From contig JAQULO010000005.1 in assembly GCA_028718565.1 (NCBI GenBank), positions 1 to 62,279 on the forward strand: a stretch of DNA of 62,279 nucleotides, written 5' to 3'. Below the pieces are notes generated by a model that did no database searches, was not told the DNA's origin, and was given only the letters and a program-made list of their open reading frames with translations. The translations under genes were made by a program, and so were the position numbers. The stretch comes from Syntrophales bacterium. GTDB taxonomy: Bacteria > Desulfobacterota > Syntrophia > Syntrophales > UBA2210. Numbering within the stretch: position 1 is the first letter of the stretch; every line of letters starts with the position of its first letter. Positions 21,024 through 35,413 of the stretch are shown here, piece by piece.

Positions 21024-21070
21024 AAATTTTGAACCGTTAGTCATTAATTCTTAATGGGGAACGTGCGTCT

Positions 21071-21559
21071 GTGATTACCGGCGGCGTCATAACACTAAGC
21101 GATAAGGGTTCCCGCGGCGAGCGGGAGGATATCAGCGGCAAGGAGGTCGTTCGCATGCTGGCCGACCTCGATATCAGGGTCGCCGATTATGAAATAATTC
21201 CCGATGAAAAAGAGGTTATAAAGGACAAGATAAGAGAGTACACCGATACAAAGAATCTCGATCTGGTGGTAACAACCGGAGGAACCGGCGTCAGTCCACG
21301 GGATGTCACACCCGATGCGACTCTCGAGGTACTGGACAGGGAGCTCCCAGGCATGGCGGAGGCGATGCGGAGGGAAAGCATGAAGAAGACGCCTCATGCG
21401 ATGATATCGAGGGCAGTGGCAGGGATACGGGGACGGTCGTTGATCGTCAATCTGCCCGGAAGCCCGAGGGGAGCCCGGGAAAACCTGGCGGTCATTCTTC
21501 CGGCCCTGAAACACGCTATAGAAAAGATAAAGGGGGACGAATCGGATTGCGGGGGGTAG
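21071..21559 (+). CDS. mogA: Molybdenum cofactor biosynthesis protein MogA/MoaB family
   Basis: 162 aa. VITLSDKGSRGEREDISG and TTGGTGVSPRDVTP motifs. Confidence 0.85.
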   Translation: MITGGVITLSDKGSRGEREDISGKEVVRMLADLDIRVADYEIIPDEKEVIKDKIREYTDTKNLDLVVTTGGTGVSPRDVTPDATLEVLDRELPGMAEAMRRESMKKTPHAMISRAVAGIRGRSLIVNLPGSPRGARENLAVILPALKHAIEKIKGDESDCGG

Positions 21560-21578
21560 GATATGACCACCCCGTTCA

Positions 21579-21902
21579 TCACGGGTTCCACTTGTCCGAT
21601 GCGTATCCGGGCGTTGTCCCCTGAATGGCGGGCACCTTCTCAGCCGGTATCCTTTTCTCCAGCGCCTTAACCTCCTTTTTCAGCCGTGTAACTTCCCTGG
21701 AAAGCCTGAGCCTTTCCACAATTCCCATAAAGCCGGTAAATATGACACCCACGCCGAAGGAGATGAAGATAAGCAGATACGTCGCCACATTGACATTTAT
21801 GAATTCATAATATCCGAGATGAACAGTATCCGTATTCGCCAATGAAAAGGTAATGATAAACAGCACAACCAGTGTCAAAATAATGGTATACAGAAGTTTC
21901 AT
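21579..21902 (-). CDS. LapA-family (DUF1049) small membrane protein
   Basis: Starts MKLLYTIILTLVVLFIITFSLAN. Two TM helices followed by a charged coiled tail. The longest ORF (to 21959) would run into the HIT gene. Confidence 0.65.
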   Translation of the reverse strand: MKLLYTIILTLVVLFIITFSLANTDTVHLGYYEFINVNVATYLLIFISFGVGVIFTGFMGIVERLRLSREVTRLKKEVKALEKRIPAEKVPAIQGTTPGYASDKWNP

Positions 21903-21903
21903 G

Positions 21904-22392
21904 TTACCACTCCTCTCTCTTTTCAAAATAACGTAACAACGTCTTTCGGGTCGTTGCAATATCCTCCGGAATTACCCTGACCTCTCCGAGTACCGTGGTA
22001 AAATTGGTATCCCCCAGCCAGCGTGGAACCACATGTATGTGCAGATGATTATCGATACCGGCACCGGCCACCTTTCCAAGGTTCATCCCTATGTTAAAGC
22101 CTTCAGGCTCAAAGGCTTTTTTCAGGTTTCTCACACACATGGCGGTAAGCTCCATCATCTCCATCTTTTCTTCCGCATTCGTCTCCTCCATATCACACAT
22201 ATGCCTGAAGGGGATCACCAGCAAATGCCCGGAAGTATAGGGATATTTGTTCATTATGATGTAACAGGAGTTCCCCTCGTGCAGCACGAGGTCCTTCTCC
22301 CTGGCAGACCCCCTGCAGAAGATACACCCATTTGGCTTATCACCTTTAATATATTCCATCCTCCCCGGGGCCATTATACTATCCATACTCAT
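21904..22392 (-). CDS. HIT family (histidine triad) nucleotide hydrolase/transferase
   Basis: 162 aa with the HLHIHVVPR histidine-triad motif. Confidence 0.85.
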   Translation of the reverse strand: MSMDSIMAPGRMEYIKGDKPNGCIFCRGSAREKDLVLHEGNSCYIIMNKYPYTSGHLLVIPFRHMCDMEETNAEEKMEMMELTAMCVRNLKKAFEPEGFNIGMNLGKVAGAGIDNHLHIHVVPRWLGDTNFTTVLGEVRVIPEDIATTRKTLLRYFEKREEW

Positions 22393-22401
22393 TTTCCCGC
22401 T

Positions 22402-22881
22402 TCAATCCAGATATATAATCGTTCCCACGATCTCTTCTCCAATATCCAGTATCCCCACGGAATTATGTTTTGCGAACCTTCGATCCGTGGGCGAACCGGG
22501 ATTGAAGAGCAACACCCCGCCTTTCATCTCATTCACAGCCCGGTGTGTGTGGCCGTATACGATACACGCAACATCCTCAAATTCCCGGAGTATCTTTTCC
22601 TCCAGACCGTAGGGATCCCCCCAGCCATGTATCAGGCCTATTCTTCGCCTTTCGATCTCCAGTATCCGCTTCTCGGGGAAAACCTCCCGCACCGAATCGG
22701 GGTCCATATTGCCACTGACGGCATATACCTCTTTGTTCTCGAAGACATCGAGAACCTCCAGGTCGACGATATCTCCGGCGTGCAGAATCAGGTCAACATC
22801 ACGGAAATGATTCTTCACAATCTCTTGGAGTCTATAGTCAGAAATATTGAGATGAGTATCGGAAATAACGCCTATCTTCAT
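22402..22881 (-). CDS. YfcE/MJ0936-family metallophosphoesterase
   Basis: MKIGVISDTHLN, GDIVD and GHTH motifs. The N-terminal extension of the longest ORF (to 23004) is not protein-like. Confidence 0.85.
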   Translation of the reverse strand: MKIGVISDTHLNISDYRLQEIVKNHFRDVDLILHAGDIVDLEVLDVFENKEVYAVSGNMDPDSVREVFPEKRILEIERRRIGLIHGWGDPYGLEEKILREFEDVACIVYGHTHRAVNEMKGGVLLFNPGSPTDRRFAKHNSVGILDIGEEIVGTIIYLD

Positions 22882-23019
22882 AGCCAGCATTAGCGGATCT
22901 CCTATTATATCCATGATAAAAAGACAAGAATTATTTTGGGACTTTTGGCCTCTCACAAAATGCAGAAGTATTTTCTTGTAACTCACGTTACAGGCGGATG
23001 GCATGATTCAAACAAAATA

Positions 23020-23048
23020 CTTGACAAAACCACAGAGATAATTTAATC
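23020..23048 (+). promoter_or_regulatory. Putative sigma-70 promoter of the Rrf2-nifS-nifU operon (TTGACA-17-TAATCA)
   Basis: TTGACA at 23020-23025, 17-nt spacer, TAATCA at 23043-23048, about 45 nt upstream of the Rrf2 start. Confidence 0.4.
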
Positions 23049-23090
23049 ACTACTAAAACGATAGTATAGATAGGAACGGATGATACTCTT

Positions 23091-23531
23091 ATGAAACTTT
23101 CAACGAGGGCACGGTACGGGGTAAGGCTTATGATTTCTCTGGCAGAGAGATTCGGAGAGGGCTCCGTGTTTCTGAAAGATATCGCGGCAGAACAGGGCAT
23201 ATCAGAAAAATACCTGAGTCTCATTGTCATACCCCTACGATCGGCAGGTCTGCTGTTATCGACGCGGGGCGCCTACGGAGGGTACTCCCTGGCAAGGGAC
23301 CCGGAGAAGATATCACTGAAAGAGGTCGTTGATGTCCTGGAAGGTGAAGCCTGCCTGGTGGACTGCGTGAGGGAGCCCTCCGCCTGCCCCCGGACTGACA
23401 TCTGTCCCACCAGAGAGATATGGCAGACGGTGGGAAAAAAGATTTCGGAAACACTGGGGGAAATAACCCTCGGATCTCTTGTTGTCAGCTCCCTTGAAAA
23501 AAAACGAATCGTTGCCCTGGAAAAGGAGTGA
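23091..23531 (+). CDS. Rrf2-family transcriptional regulator (IscR-like)
   Basis: MKLSTRARYGVRLMISLA winged-helix N-terminus. Three-Cys cluster-ligand region CLVDCVREPSACPRTDIC. Confidence 0.85.
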   Translation: MKLSTRARYGVRLMISLAERFGEGSVFLKDIAAEQGISEKYLSLIVIPLRSAGLLLSTRGAYGGYSLARDPEKISLKEVVDVLEGEACLVDCVREPSACPRTDICPTREIWQTVGKKISETLGEITLGSLVVSSLEKKRIVALEKE

Positions 23532-23606
23532 CCGAAGGGTAGCCGTAAAAATCATTAGTACAAGAGCGCTTGTAAAAGGAAAATTATAATGAAGAAGATA
23601 TAATAT

Positions 23607-24769
23607 ATGGACTATGGGGCGACGACACCTGTGGATGCGGAGGTAGTGACCGCCATGCTGCCCTTTTTTACCGAGGCCTTCGGAAATCCCTCCAGCTTTC
23701 ATGCCTTCGGACAGGAAGCTAAATATGGGGTAGAAGCGGCGCGGCAGACAATCGCCGCATCCATCGGAACGGACCCGGAGGAGATCGTTTTCACAAGCGG
23801 TGGCTCGGAAAGCGATAACTTTGCGGTCAAAGGCGTGGCATATGCCAAAAGGAGAAGGGAAATCACATCATTACCTCAGCGATTGAGCACCATGCCGTTC
23901 TGGAGCCCTGTCATTTTCTGGAGAAACAAGGTTTCGAGGTGACCCGTCTGCCTGTCAACGCCAACGGGTTGCTTGATCCGTCGGATGCGAAACGAGCGAT
24001 CACGGACAGGACCATTTTGATCTCCATCATGCATGGGAATAATGAAATAGGGACTATGCAGCCTATTGCCGAGATAGGGGCAATCGCCCGCGAGCGGGGG
24101 ATTACCTTTCACACCGACGCGGTGCAGACCTTCGGGCGCGTGCCCCTCACGGTGAACGGCCTGAACGTGGATCTTTTGAGTGCGTCGGCACACAAGATTT
24201 ACGGTCCCAAAGGGGTTGGGTTTCTATACATTCGAAAGGGTACTCGTATCCAACCCTTCATGCACGGCGGCGATCAGGAGGGGGGACGCAGGGCTTCAAC
24301 CCATAATGTTCCCGGCATCGTCGGCATGGGCAAGGCCGTGGAGCTTGCCATGAGGGATGTGGATGCCGAAGCGGTGAGATTGACAGCCATGAGGGACAGG
24401 ATGATACAGGGAATTCTCGGCAATATTGAGCATAGCCAGCTGAACGGCCATCCGAGCCTGCGTCTCCCCAACAATATCAATGTATCTATCAAGTACGTGG
24501 AAGGCGAGTCGCTCCTGCTTTCTCTGGACATGGAAGGGGTTGCCTGTTCCACCGGGTCTGCCTGCACATCGTCCAGTCTGGAGGCATCGCATGTGCTGAT
24601 GGCAATCGGCCTTCCCCACGAGACGGCCCATGGATCGCTACGCTTCACGCTGGGACGACAGACAAGAGAGGAAGACATTGAGTACGTAATAGGGATTCTT
24701 CCGGGAATAGCCAGGAGACTGAGGGCCATGTCGCCGCTTTACAAGAACAAGAATCAGGCTACGGCCTGA
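23607..24769 (+). pseudogene. nifS: Cysteine desulfurase NifS/IscS-like, reading frame interrupted (frameshift near 23847-23851)
   Basis: Two ORFs (23607-23942 and 23939-24769) together make one class V aminotransferase: [16 protein letters not shown], then in the -1 frame [32 protein letters not shown] (PLP Lys) and GSACTS (active Cys). The join lies at an AAAA run. Confidence 0.8.
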
Positions 24770-24813
24770 GACACATGACGGATCATCAATCCGACAAAGG
24801 AGATACATCAGTG

Positions 24814-25197
24814 ATGGAACAATACAGCGAAAAAGTGATGGACCACTTCAGGAACCCGCGAAACGTGGGAGAAATTGAAAATACGGATGGGGTTGGTAAG
24901 GTCGGCAATCCCGTCTGTGGGGATATCATGGAATTGCAAATCAAGGTGAAGGATGGGGTCATCGTGGATGCACGTTTTAAGACATTCGGATGTGGAGCGG
25001 CCATCGCCACCAGCTCCATGGTGACGGAATTGATCAGGAACAAGACAATCGACGAAGCATCAAAAATATCGAACAGGGCAGTTGCCGAGGCGCTGGGCGG
25101 CTTGCCGCCGATCAAGATGCACTGTTCCGTCCTTGCCGAGGAGGCGCTGACCAAGGCAATCGAGGACTATCACAAGAAGAGGGATGGATCTCTGTAA
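24814..25197 (+). CDS. nifU: Fe-S cluster assembly scaffold NifU/IscU
   Basis: MEQYSEKVMDHFRNPRNVG, NPVCGD, FGCGAAIATSS and MHCSVLAEEA motifs. AAAGGAGA lies upstream of ATG 24814. Confidence 0.9.
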   Translation: MEQYSEKVMDHFRNPRNVGEIENTDGVGKVGNPVCGDIMELQIKVKDGVIVDARFKTFGCGAAIATSSMVTELIRNKTIDEASKISNRAVAEALGGLPPIKMHCSVLAEEALTKAIEDYHKKRDGSL

Positions 25198-25251
25198 TGA
25201 CGGAGAAGGCCCTGATTGCAATGATTTGCGGAGTCGCAGAAGGGGTTACTC

Positions 25252-26178
25252 ATGGAACTTGTTGAAAAAATACTAGGATTGAAACGAAAAAGAAACGCTG
25301 TGATCCTGGCCCACAATTACCAGACCCCTGCGGTCCAGGACATAGCCGACTATGTTGGCGACTCGCTGGGTCTTAGCGTCCAGGCAGCTGGAACCGACGC
25401 CGAAGTTATTGTCTTCTGCGGCGTTCGTTTCATGGCGGAGACGGCCAAGATACTCTCTCCAGAGAAGACAGTTCTCCTTCCCGATGAGAGAGCCGGGTGT
25501 CCCATGGCGGACATGGTTACGACGGATCAACTCATGGCATTAAAAGCGAAACACCCTGAGGCGAAGGTGTTAGCGTATGTAAACACATCGGCGCAGGTCA
25601 AGGCGGAATGCGACCTGTGCTGCACATCGGCAAATGCCGTGTCTATGGTGCGGGACATTTTGAAAGACGAAAAGGAAATCATCTTCATCCCCGATCGGCA
25701 TCTTGCCGACTATGTTGCATTGGAAACGGGAAGGGAATTCATCGTGTGGAACGGCTGGTGCCCGACCCACGCTAAAATATTGCCGGAGGACATTATCAGG
25801 GAAAAGGAACTGCACCCGAAAGCCTTCGTTATCGCCCACCCGGAATGTCCTCGCGAGGTCAGAAGCATGGCGGACGAAGTAGCCTCCACGGGTGGGATGT
25901 GCAGCTATATCAGAGAGAAGGACGCAGATGAGTTCATCGTCGCTACGGAGGTGGAAATCATACACCGCCTGAAAAAGGAAAATCCCGAAAAGCTTTTTTA
26001 TCCGGCGTCCCGGTTTGCCGTCTGTCCTAACATGAAATACACGACCCTTGAGAAAATACTCTGGTCGCTGGAAGATATGACACAGGAAGTTCACGTAGAT
26101 GAGAGTGTCCGCATCAGGGCAAGAAGAAGCATTGGAAGGATGCTCTCCGCCGGGGAAAGACAGTATGGAGTCATTTGA
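25252..26178 (+). CDS. nadA: Quinolinate synthase
   Basis: 308 aa. AVILAHNYQ and the NadA three-domain pattern with conserved Cys residues. Confidence 0.93.
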   Translation: MELVEKILGLKRKRNAVILAHNYQTPAVQDIADYVGDSLGLSVQAAGTDAEVIVFCGVRFMAETAKILSPEKTVLLPDERAGCPMADMVTTDQLMALKAKHPEAKVLAYVNTSAQVKAECDLCCTSANAVSMVRDILKDEKEIIFIPDRHLADYVALETGREFIVWNGWCPTHAKILPEDIIREKELHPKAFVIAHPECPREVRSMADEVASTGGMCSYIREKDADEFIVATEVEIIHRLKKENPEKLFYPASRFAVCPNMKYTTLEKILWSLEDMTQEVHVDESVRIRARRSIGRMLSAGERQYGVI

Positions 26179-26275
26179 GAAACATTCCTCGGCGAAGCCC
26201 TGCTGACCATTGATGAGATACTGAGGCGAAGAGCGAATTTGGCGATTTAATCCGCACACCTCATTCAGGCAATAA

Positions 26276-28802
<2,527 letters not shown>

Positions 28803-28806
<4 letters not shown>

Positions 28807-29417
28807 AGAGGGAAACGGGTATGGAAGAGAGAATAGATCACCGGATTATATGCGGCATGATTCAGGAGGGGGCAACCATTCTGGATCTCGGGTGCGGGAA
28901 CGGAGACCTCATGTCGACTTTATCCCGGGAGAAACACGCCTCGGTGCAGGGGATAGAGCTCAACGACGAGGCGGTCCAGCGGTGCGTGGAAAAGGGTCTT
29001 ACGGTCTTTCATGGCGATATCGAAAGCGGACTGGCCGATTACCCGGACGGGTCTTTTGATGACGTCATACTGAATCAGAGCCTGCAGGAGGTGAAAAAGG
29101 TAGATTTTATCATAGAGGAATCTCTCAGGGTGGGAAAGCGGGTTATCGTAGGATTCCCTAATTTCGCCCATATCATTTCCCGATCGACCCTCTTCTTCCG
29201 GGGAAAAACACCGGTAACGCATGCCCTTCCGCATTCCTGGGATGAGACACCCGATGTCCGGTTTCTGAGTATCAGGGATTTTGAAGATTTCTGCAGGAGT
29301 AAAGGGTTACGGGTCCTGGAGGAGGTTTACCTGGGCGTCCACAGGACCATCACCTGTTGTCCCAACCTTTTTGCCCGGAATGCAATATATGTACTGTCCC
29401 GGCAGGACGGAGCCTGA
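28803..29417 (+). CDS. metW: Methionine biosynthesis protein MetW
   Basis: 204 aa. SAM-MTase-like ILDLGCGNGDL. GTGA overlap with metX; ATG 28821 is an alternative start. Confidence 0.85.
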
Positions 29418-29450
29418 ACCGTACAGATATTAAACAGCAGGAGACGTAAC

Positions 29451-30407
29451 ATGAAGAGAATATACAGTGACAACTCGCAGTCCATCGGTAATACACCGCT
29501 GGTGAGGCTCAATCATATAACGGCCGGTGCTGCGGCAGCGGTCCTTGCGAAGATCGAGGGAAGAAATCCCTCTTACTCGGTGAAGTGCCGTGTCGGTGCT
29601 GCCATGATCTGGGATGCGGAGGAGCGGGGCGTCTTGAAGCCTGGGATAGAGATCGTGGAACCGACAAGCGGCAATACTGGGATAGCCCTGGCCTATGTGG
29701 CCGCCGCCCGGGGGTACCGGCTGACCCTGACCATGCCCGACACGATGAGCGTTGAGCGCCGCCGAGTTCTGGCCGCCTTCGGAGCGAAACTTGTCCTGAC
29801 GCCCGGAGCGGAGGGCATGAAAGGGGCGATTGCCCTGGCAGATGAGATTGCGGCCTCCGATCCCGCGCGGTACTTTCTTCCCCAACAGTTCAGAAACCCG
29901 GCCAATCCGGCCATTCATGAACGGACCACTGGGCCGGAAATATGGAACGACACGGACGGTGAGATCGATGTCCTTGTCTGCGGGGTGGGAACCGGAGGCA
30001 CGATTACCGGCGTGTCGCGATACATAAAGCTGACCACGGGGAGAACAATGCTTTCCGTGGCGGTGGAGCCGAAGGAAAGTCCGGTCATAACGCAGAAACT
30101 GGCCGGGAAGAAGCTTGCTCCCGGGCCGCACAGGATACAGGGCATCGGTGCCGGTTTTATACCGGAGGCGCTGGATCTGTCTCTGGTCGACCGGGTGGAG
30201 CAGGTATCAAGCGATGAAGCCCTTGAATTCGGGCGACGCCTTGCCAGGGAGGAAGGAATCCTCGCGGGAATTTCCAGCGGCGCAGCAGTGGCGGTTGCGA
30301 TTCGTCTTGCGGGAATGGCGGAATTTGCAGGTAAAAATATTGTCGTTATCCTTCCCGATACGGGTGAGCGTTACCTCTCCACGGCACTTTTTGGCGGGAC
30401 AGTTTAA
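29451..30407 (+). CDS. cysK: Cysteine synthase A (O-acetylserine sulfhydrylase)
   Basis: 318 aa. [17 protein letters not shown] (PLP Lys) and [10 protein letters not shown] motifs. Confidence 0.95.
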   Translation: MKRIYSDNSQSIGNTPLVRLNHITAGAAAAVLAKIEGRNPSYSVKCRVGAAMIWDAEERGVLKPGIEIVEPTSGNTGIALAYVAAARGYRLTLTMPDTMSVERRRVLAAFGAKLVLTPGAEGMKGAIALADEIAASDPARYFLPQQFRNPANPAIHERTTGPEIWNDTDGEIDVLVCGVGTGGTITGVSRYIKLTTGRTMLSVAVEPKESPVITQKLAGKKLAPGPHRIQGIGAGFIPEALDLSLVDRVEQVSSDEALEFGRRLAREEGILAGISSGAAVAVAIRLAGMAEFAGKNIVVILPDTGERYLSTALFGGTV

Positions 30408-30445
30408 CCGGAGAAAACAAAAAGACAAACAAATCAGGTGATACC

Positions 30446-31144
30446 ATGAATTTGTACACGACAATGCGAGAAGACATACAGACAGTTTTTCAAAAGGATC
30501 CTGCCGCCCGGAGTGTCCTTGAGGTCCTGACGTGCTACCCCGGACTTCATAGCATCTGGATGCACCGGCTGGCACACGCCCTATGGAAGAGGCGGTTTTT
30601 TTTCATAGGCAGGCTTATTTCTCATGTGAGCCGGTTTCTGACGGGAATCGAGATACATCCTGGAGCGCAGATCGGTCGCCGTTTCTTCATCGATCACGGT
30701 TCGGGCGTCGTCATCGGAGAAACGACGGAAATAGGTGACGACGCGCACATTTACCAGGGAGTCGTTCTCGGAGGGGTCTCTCTCCAAAAGGGGAAACGGC
30801 ACCCCACCATCGGAAAGGGTGTCATGATCGGCGCCGGTGCGATTCTCCTTGGCCCCGTCACTATCGGTGACGAAGCACGCATCGGAGCTGCCTCTCTGGT
30901 GGTAGGCGACGTTCCGCCCCGGGCGCTTGCCGTGGGGGTTCCCGCCAGGCTAGGTCTTGGATTCTCCGCCAGAGCTATGGAGAGTTTGACGGATAACAAA
31001 CTCCCTGACCCCATCGCCGAGGCCTTTCAATCGATGGGTCGGCAGATCGAGGCGCTTAAGAGGCGACTCGAAGAGATGGAACGACAACAGGAGATCAGGG
31101 AGGATGTCGGCATATACGCCGAGGGTAGAGGTGTTTTGGTATGA
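30446..31144 (+). CDS. cysE: Serine O-acetyltransferase
   Basis: 232 aa. Hexapeptide-repeat left-handed beta-helix ([27 protein letters not shown]). Confidence 0.9.
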   Translation: MNLYTTMREDIQTVFQKDPAARSVLEVLTCYPGLHSIWMHRLAHALWKRRFFFIGRLISHVSRFLTGIEIHPGAQIGRRFFIDHGSGVVIGETTEIGDDAHIYQGVVLGGVSLQKGKRHPTIGKGVMIGAGAILLGPVTIGDEARIGAASLVVGDVPPRALAVGVPARLGLGFSARAMESLTDNKLPDPIAEAFQSMGRQIEALKRRLEEMERQQEIREDVGIYAEGRGVLV

Positions 31145-31582
31145 ACAGTCGCCCCGGGAAGATACTCTCCATAAATATCGGGCAGGAAGTCGGCTCAAAG
31201 AAGCAACCCGTGGATCGGTGTCGCATGGTTGCAAATTTTGGGATAGCGGATGATGCTCACGCGGGCTCGGATATCAGGCAGGTCAGCCTCTTGGCGGAGG
31301 AAAGCATCGAAACGATCAGGTACAAGGGTCTGTCCGTCATGTTCGGTGATTTCGCCGAAAATCTGACCACGGAGGGGATCGATCTTCTTTCTCTTCCCAT
31401 CGGGACGAAACTCAGGATAGGATGTCCTCCTTGAGATAACGCAGATTGGAAAGGTCTGCCACAACAGGTGCCGAATATTTTTTGAAGTCGGCGACTGCGT
31501 GATGCCCAGGGAAGGCATCTTTGCCAGGGTTATTTCCGGCGGTAACGCGGTCGCAGGAGCTCCGATTGCTGTCGAGCCATAA
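31141..31582 (+). pseudogene. MOSC domain protein, reading frame interrupted (+1 shift near 31418-31421)
   Basis: ORF 31141-31434 ends ...GTKLRIGCPP*. The rest of the domain (DVLLEITQIGKVCHNRCRIFFEVGDCVMPREGIFARVISGG...) continues in the +1 frame from 31421 to TAA 31580-31582. Confidence 0.7.
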
Positions 31583-31617
31583 GGAAAGAACATCCCAGGC
31601 GGACCTGGATGACTGAT

Positions 31618-31642
31618 AATCCTGCCGGGATTTTAGTTTTTT
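31618..31642 (+). terminator. Possible intrinsic terminator after the cysE-MOSC unit
   Basis: Short stem AATCC/GGATT followed by TTAGTTTTTTG. The stem is weak. Confidence 0.35.
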
Positions 31643-31759
31643 GTGTCCTTCCATCAAGTAAATTCACTCGCGATCTTGAAAACGCCACAGGCGTATAAGG
31701 GCTGCCTCTCATCCTACAAATCTCCCCGTACAAAGACCCTTGTTCTTGGAGCTTTTGGT

Positions 31760-31788
31760 TTGACATTTTACCGGTGTATGACTAGTAT
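31760..31788 (+). promoter_or_regulatory. Putative sigma-70 promoter (TTGACA-17-TAGTAT) for small ORF + ligA
   Basis: TTGACA at 31760-31765, 17-nt spacer, TAGTAT at 31783-31788, about 30 nt upstream of the small ORF. Confidence 0.5.
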
Positions 31789-31820
31789 CTTCACGACAAC
31801 CTCTTTGTGAAAGGTCCGTG

Positions 31821-34099
<2,279 letters not shown>

Positions 34100-34105
34100 G
34101 GAACA

Positions 34106-34429
34106 ATGAAAAGCTGCCGGGATTCGGATGAACTACGGGCCTCCTGTGAATCAGCCATCCGAAGGGTTCACGTTTTCATTACAGGAAGAGTCCAGGGGGT
34201 ATTCTTCAGAGCGGAAACGAAGAAACAGGCGTCAGCATTAGGTCTCAAAGGCTGGGTGAGAAACTTATACGACAGGAGGGTCGAGGCCGTATTCGAAGGC
34301 AGCGAAAGTGATATCGGGGCCATGATAGACTGGTGCAGAAAGGGTCCGAATCTCTCCCATGTGGCAGGGGTGGAGATCGTGGAAGAGACACCCACGGCCG
34401 GCTTCGATGATTTCAGTATCAGGTATTGA
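34106..34429 (+). CDS. acyP: Acylphosphatase
   Basis: VHVFITGRVQGVFFR and GWVRN motifs. Confidence 0.85.
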   Translation: MKSCRDSDELRASCESAIRRVHVFITGRVQGVFFRAETKKQASALGLKGWVRNLYDRRVEAVFEGSESDIGAMIDWCRKGPNLSHVAGVEIVEETPTAGFDDFSIRY

Positions 34430-34517
34430 GGAGGGGTGGAAGGCCTGCGGAGAACCTGTTGACGCGCAGTCTTTGCCATCCTATCGTTGCACAATTTTTT
34501 ATTACAAGGAGGGTGAG

Positions 34518-35048
34518 ATGAAAAAGATATTTTTTACAGTCTTGCTGGTGCTGCTATGGACAGTTTCAGGCGGGATCGCAGGCGATTTAAAGGTAGGAGA
34601 CAGTGCTTCGGACTGGTCTCTACCGGACACGAATGGCACGATGTATACGATGCAAAACTGGTCAGGCAAGGTACTTTTGGTTAATTATACTGACCCGGAT
34701 GAAAAAGACATGAACGAGCATTTCACCGATGCCATGAAAAAGGCAAACGATGACGGGCTTCTTAATGAGGCAACCTACACCGGGATAGGAATTGCCGACT
34801 GCAAGGCATCATGGAAGCCGGATGCGCTCATCAGGTCATTCGGCGCCGCAAAGGCGGAGAAATACAAAACCGTTATACTGTTTGATTACGACGCATCATT
34901 AAGGAACGCGTGGGGTCTCAGGGAAGACAGCGCAAACGCGATACTCCTGGATAAGAACGGCGTGTGCCGAGCCATCGTCCGGGGTCGTGTGCCGGACGAC
35001 CAGGTCACTCAACTTGTGCAACTGGCCATCGACCTTCAGAGACCCTAA
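34518..35048 (+). CDS. Secreted thioredoxin-fold protein lacking a CxxC (YtfJ/AhpC-TSA-like)
   Basis: ATG 34518 preceded by AAGGAGGG. Signal peptide MKKIFFTVLLVLLWTVSGGIAG. GKVLLVNYTDPDEKD stands where redoxins carry CxxC. Confidence 0.5.
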   Translation: MKKIFFTVLLVLLWTVSGGIAGDLKVGDSASDWSLPDTNGTMYTMQNWSGKVLLVNYTDPDEKDMNEHFTDAMKKANDDGLLNEATYTGIGIADCKASWKPDALIRSFGAAKAEKYKTVILFDYDASLRNAWGLREDSANAILLDKNGVCRAIVRGRVPDDQVTQLVQLAIDLQRP

Positions 35049-35065
35049 TCCCCCCTCAGACGGAC

Positions 35066-35089
35066 GGAGGAGGAGGAGGAGGAGGAGGA
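35066..35089. repeat. (GGA)8 trinucleotide microsatellite
   Basis: Eight perfect GGA units in the spacer between convergent genes. Confidence 0.95.
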
Positions 35090-35275
35090 AAGCTACAAAA
35101 CCGCCAAATGCCGGATCGAAATCGGAAACTTCTCGGGCAAATTTGTTGAATCCGTTTACCGGGATTGTAGCGCCGGGGCCTTTGCCGTGAAGCTCACCGC
35201 GCCGGACAAACGGCACCCCCAAAATGGCGGCCGCTATTGTTCTTCTGTTCAAATGTTCCAGCATCATGGAAATTC

Positions 35276-35299
35276 TGAACAGGTCGTTTGACCTGTTCA
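35276..35299. other. Perfect 10-bp hairpin TGAACAGGTC-GTTT-GACCTGTTCA
   Basis: Direct inspection. No U-tract on either strand. Confidence 0.8.
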
Positions 35300-35355
35300 T
35301 CAGGACCACTGAACCGGTCAGGACGGGTGGAAAATACCAAAAAAACACAGCGTAC

Positions 35356-35382
35356 AAAAGGGGGGTTCTCCCCCCTTTATTC
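35356..35382 (-). terminator. Intrinsic terminator of the mltD-like gene (usable in both directions)
   Basis: GGGGGG-TTCT-CCCCCC stem extended by A/T pairs. On the minus strand it is followed by UUUUGU, about 30 nt after the stop at 35414. Confidence 0.75.
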
Positions 35383-35413
35383 GTTAGGCGGAGGGCATTG
35401 AGTACTTGAAGCA

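Noticed and set aside
22033-22893. 286-aa ORF on the + strand.
   Set aside because: It lies entirely antisense to the well-supported HIT and metallophosphoesterase genes. Its composition is low-complexity and His/Pro-rich, and it has no recognisable motif. This is a typical shadow ORF in GC-moderate DNA.
35060-35340. Local resemblances to RNase P RNA (GGAGGAAAG, CAAAACCGCCAAATGCC) and SRP RNA (CCGGGATTGTAGCGCCGG, GGTCAGGACGGGTGGAA).
   Set aside because: The motifs occur in the wrong order and spacing for either RNA, and the other universally conserved helices are absent. This is coincidental similarity.
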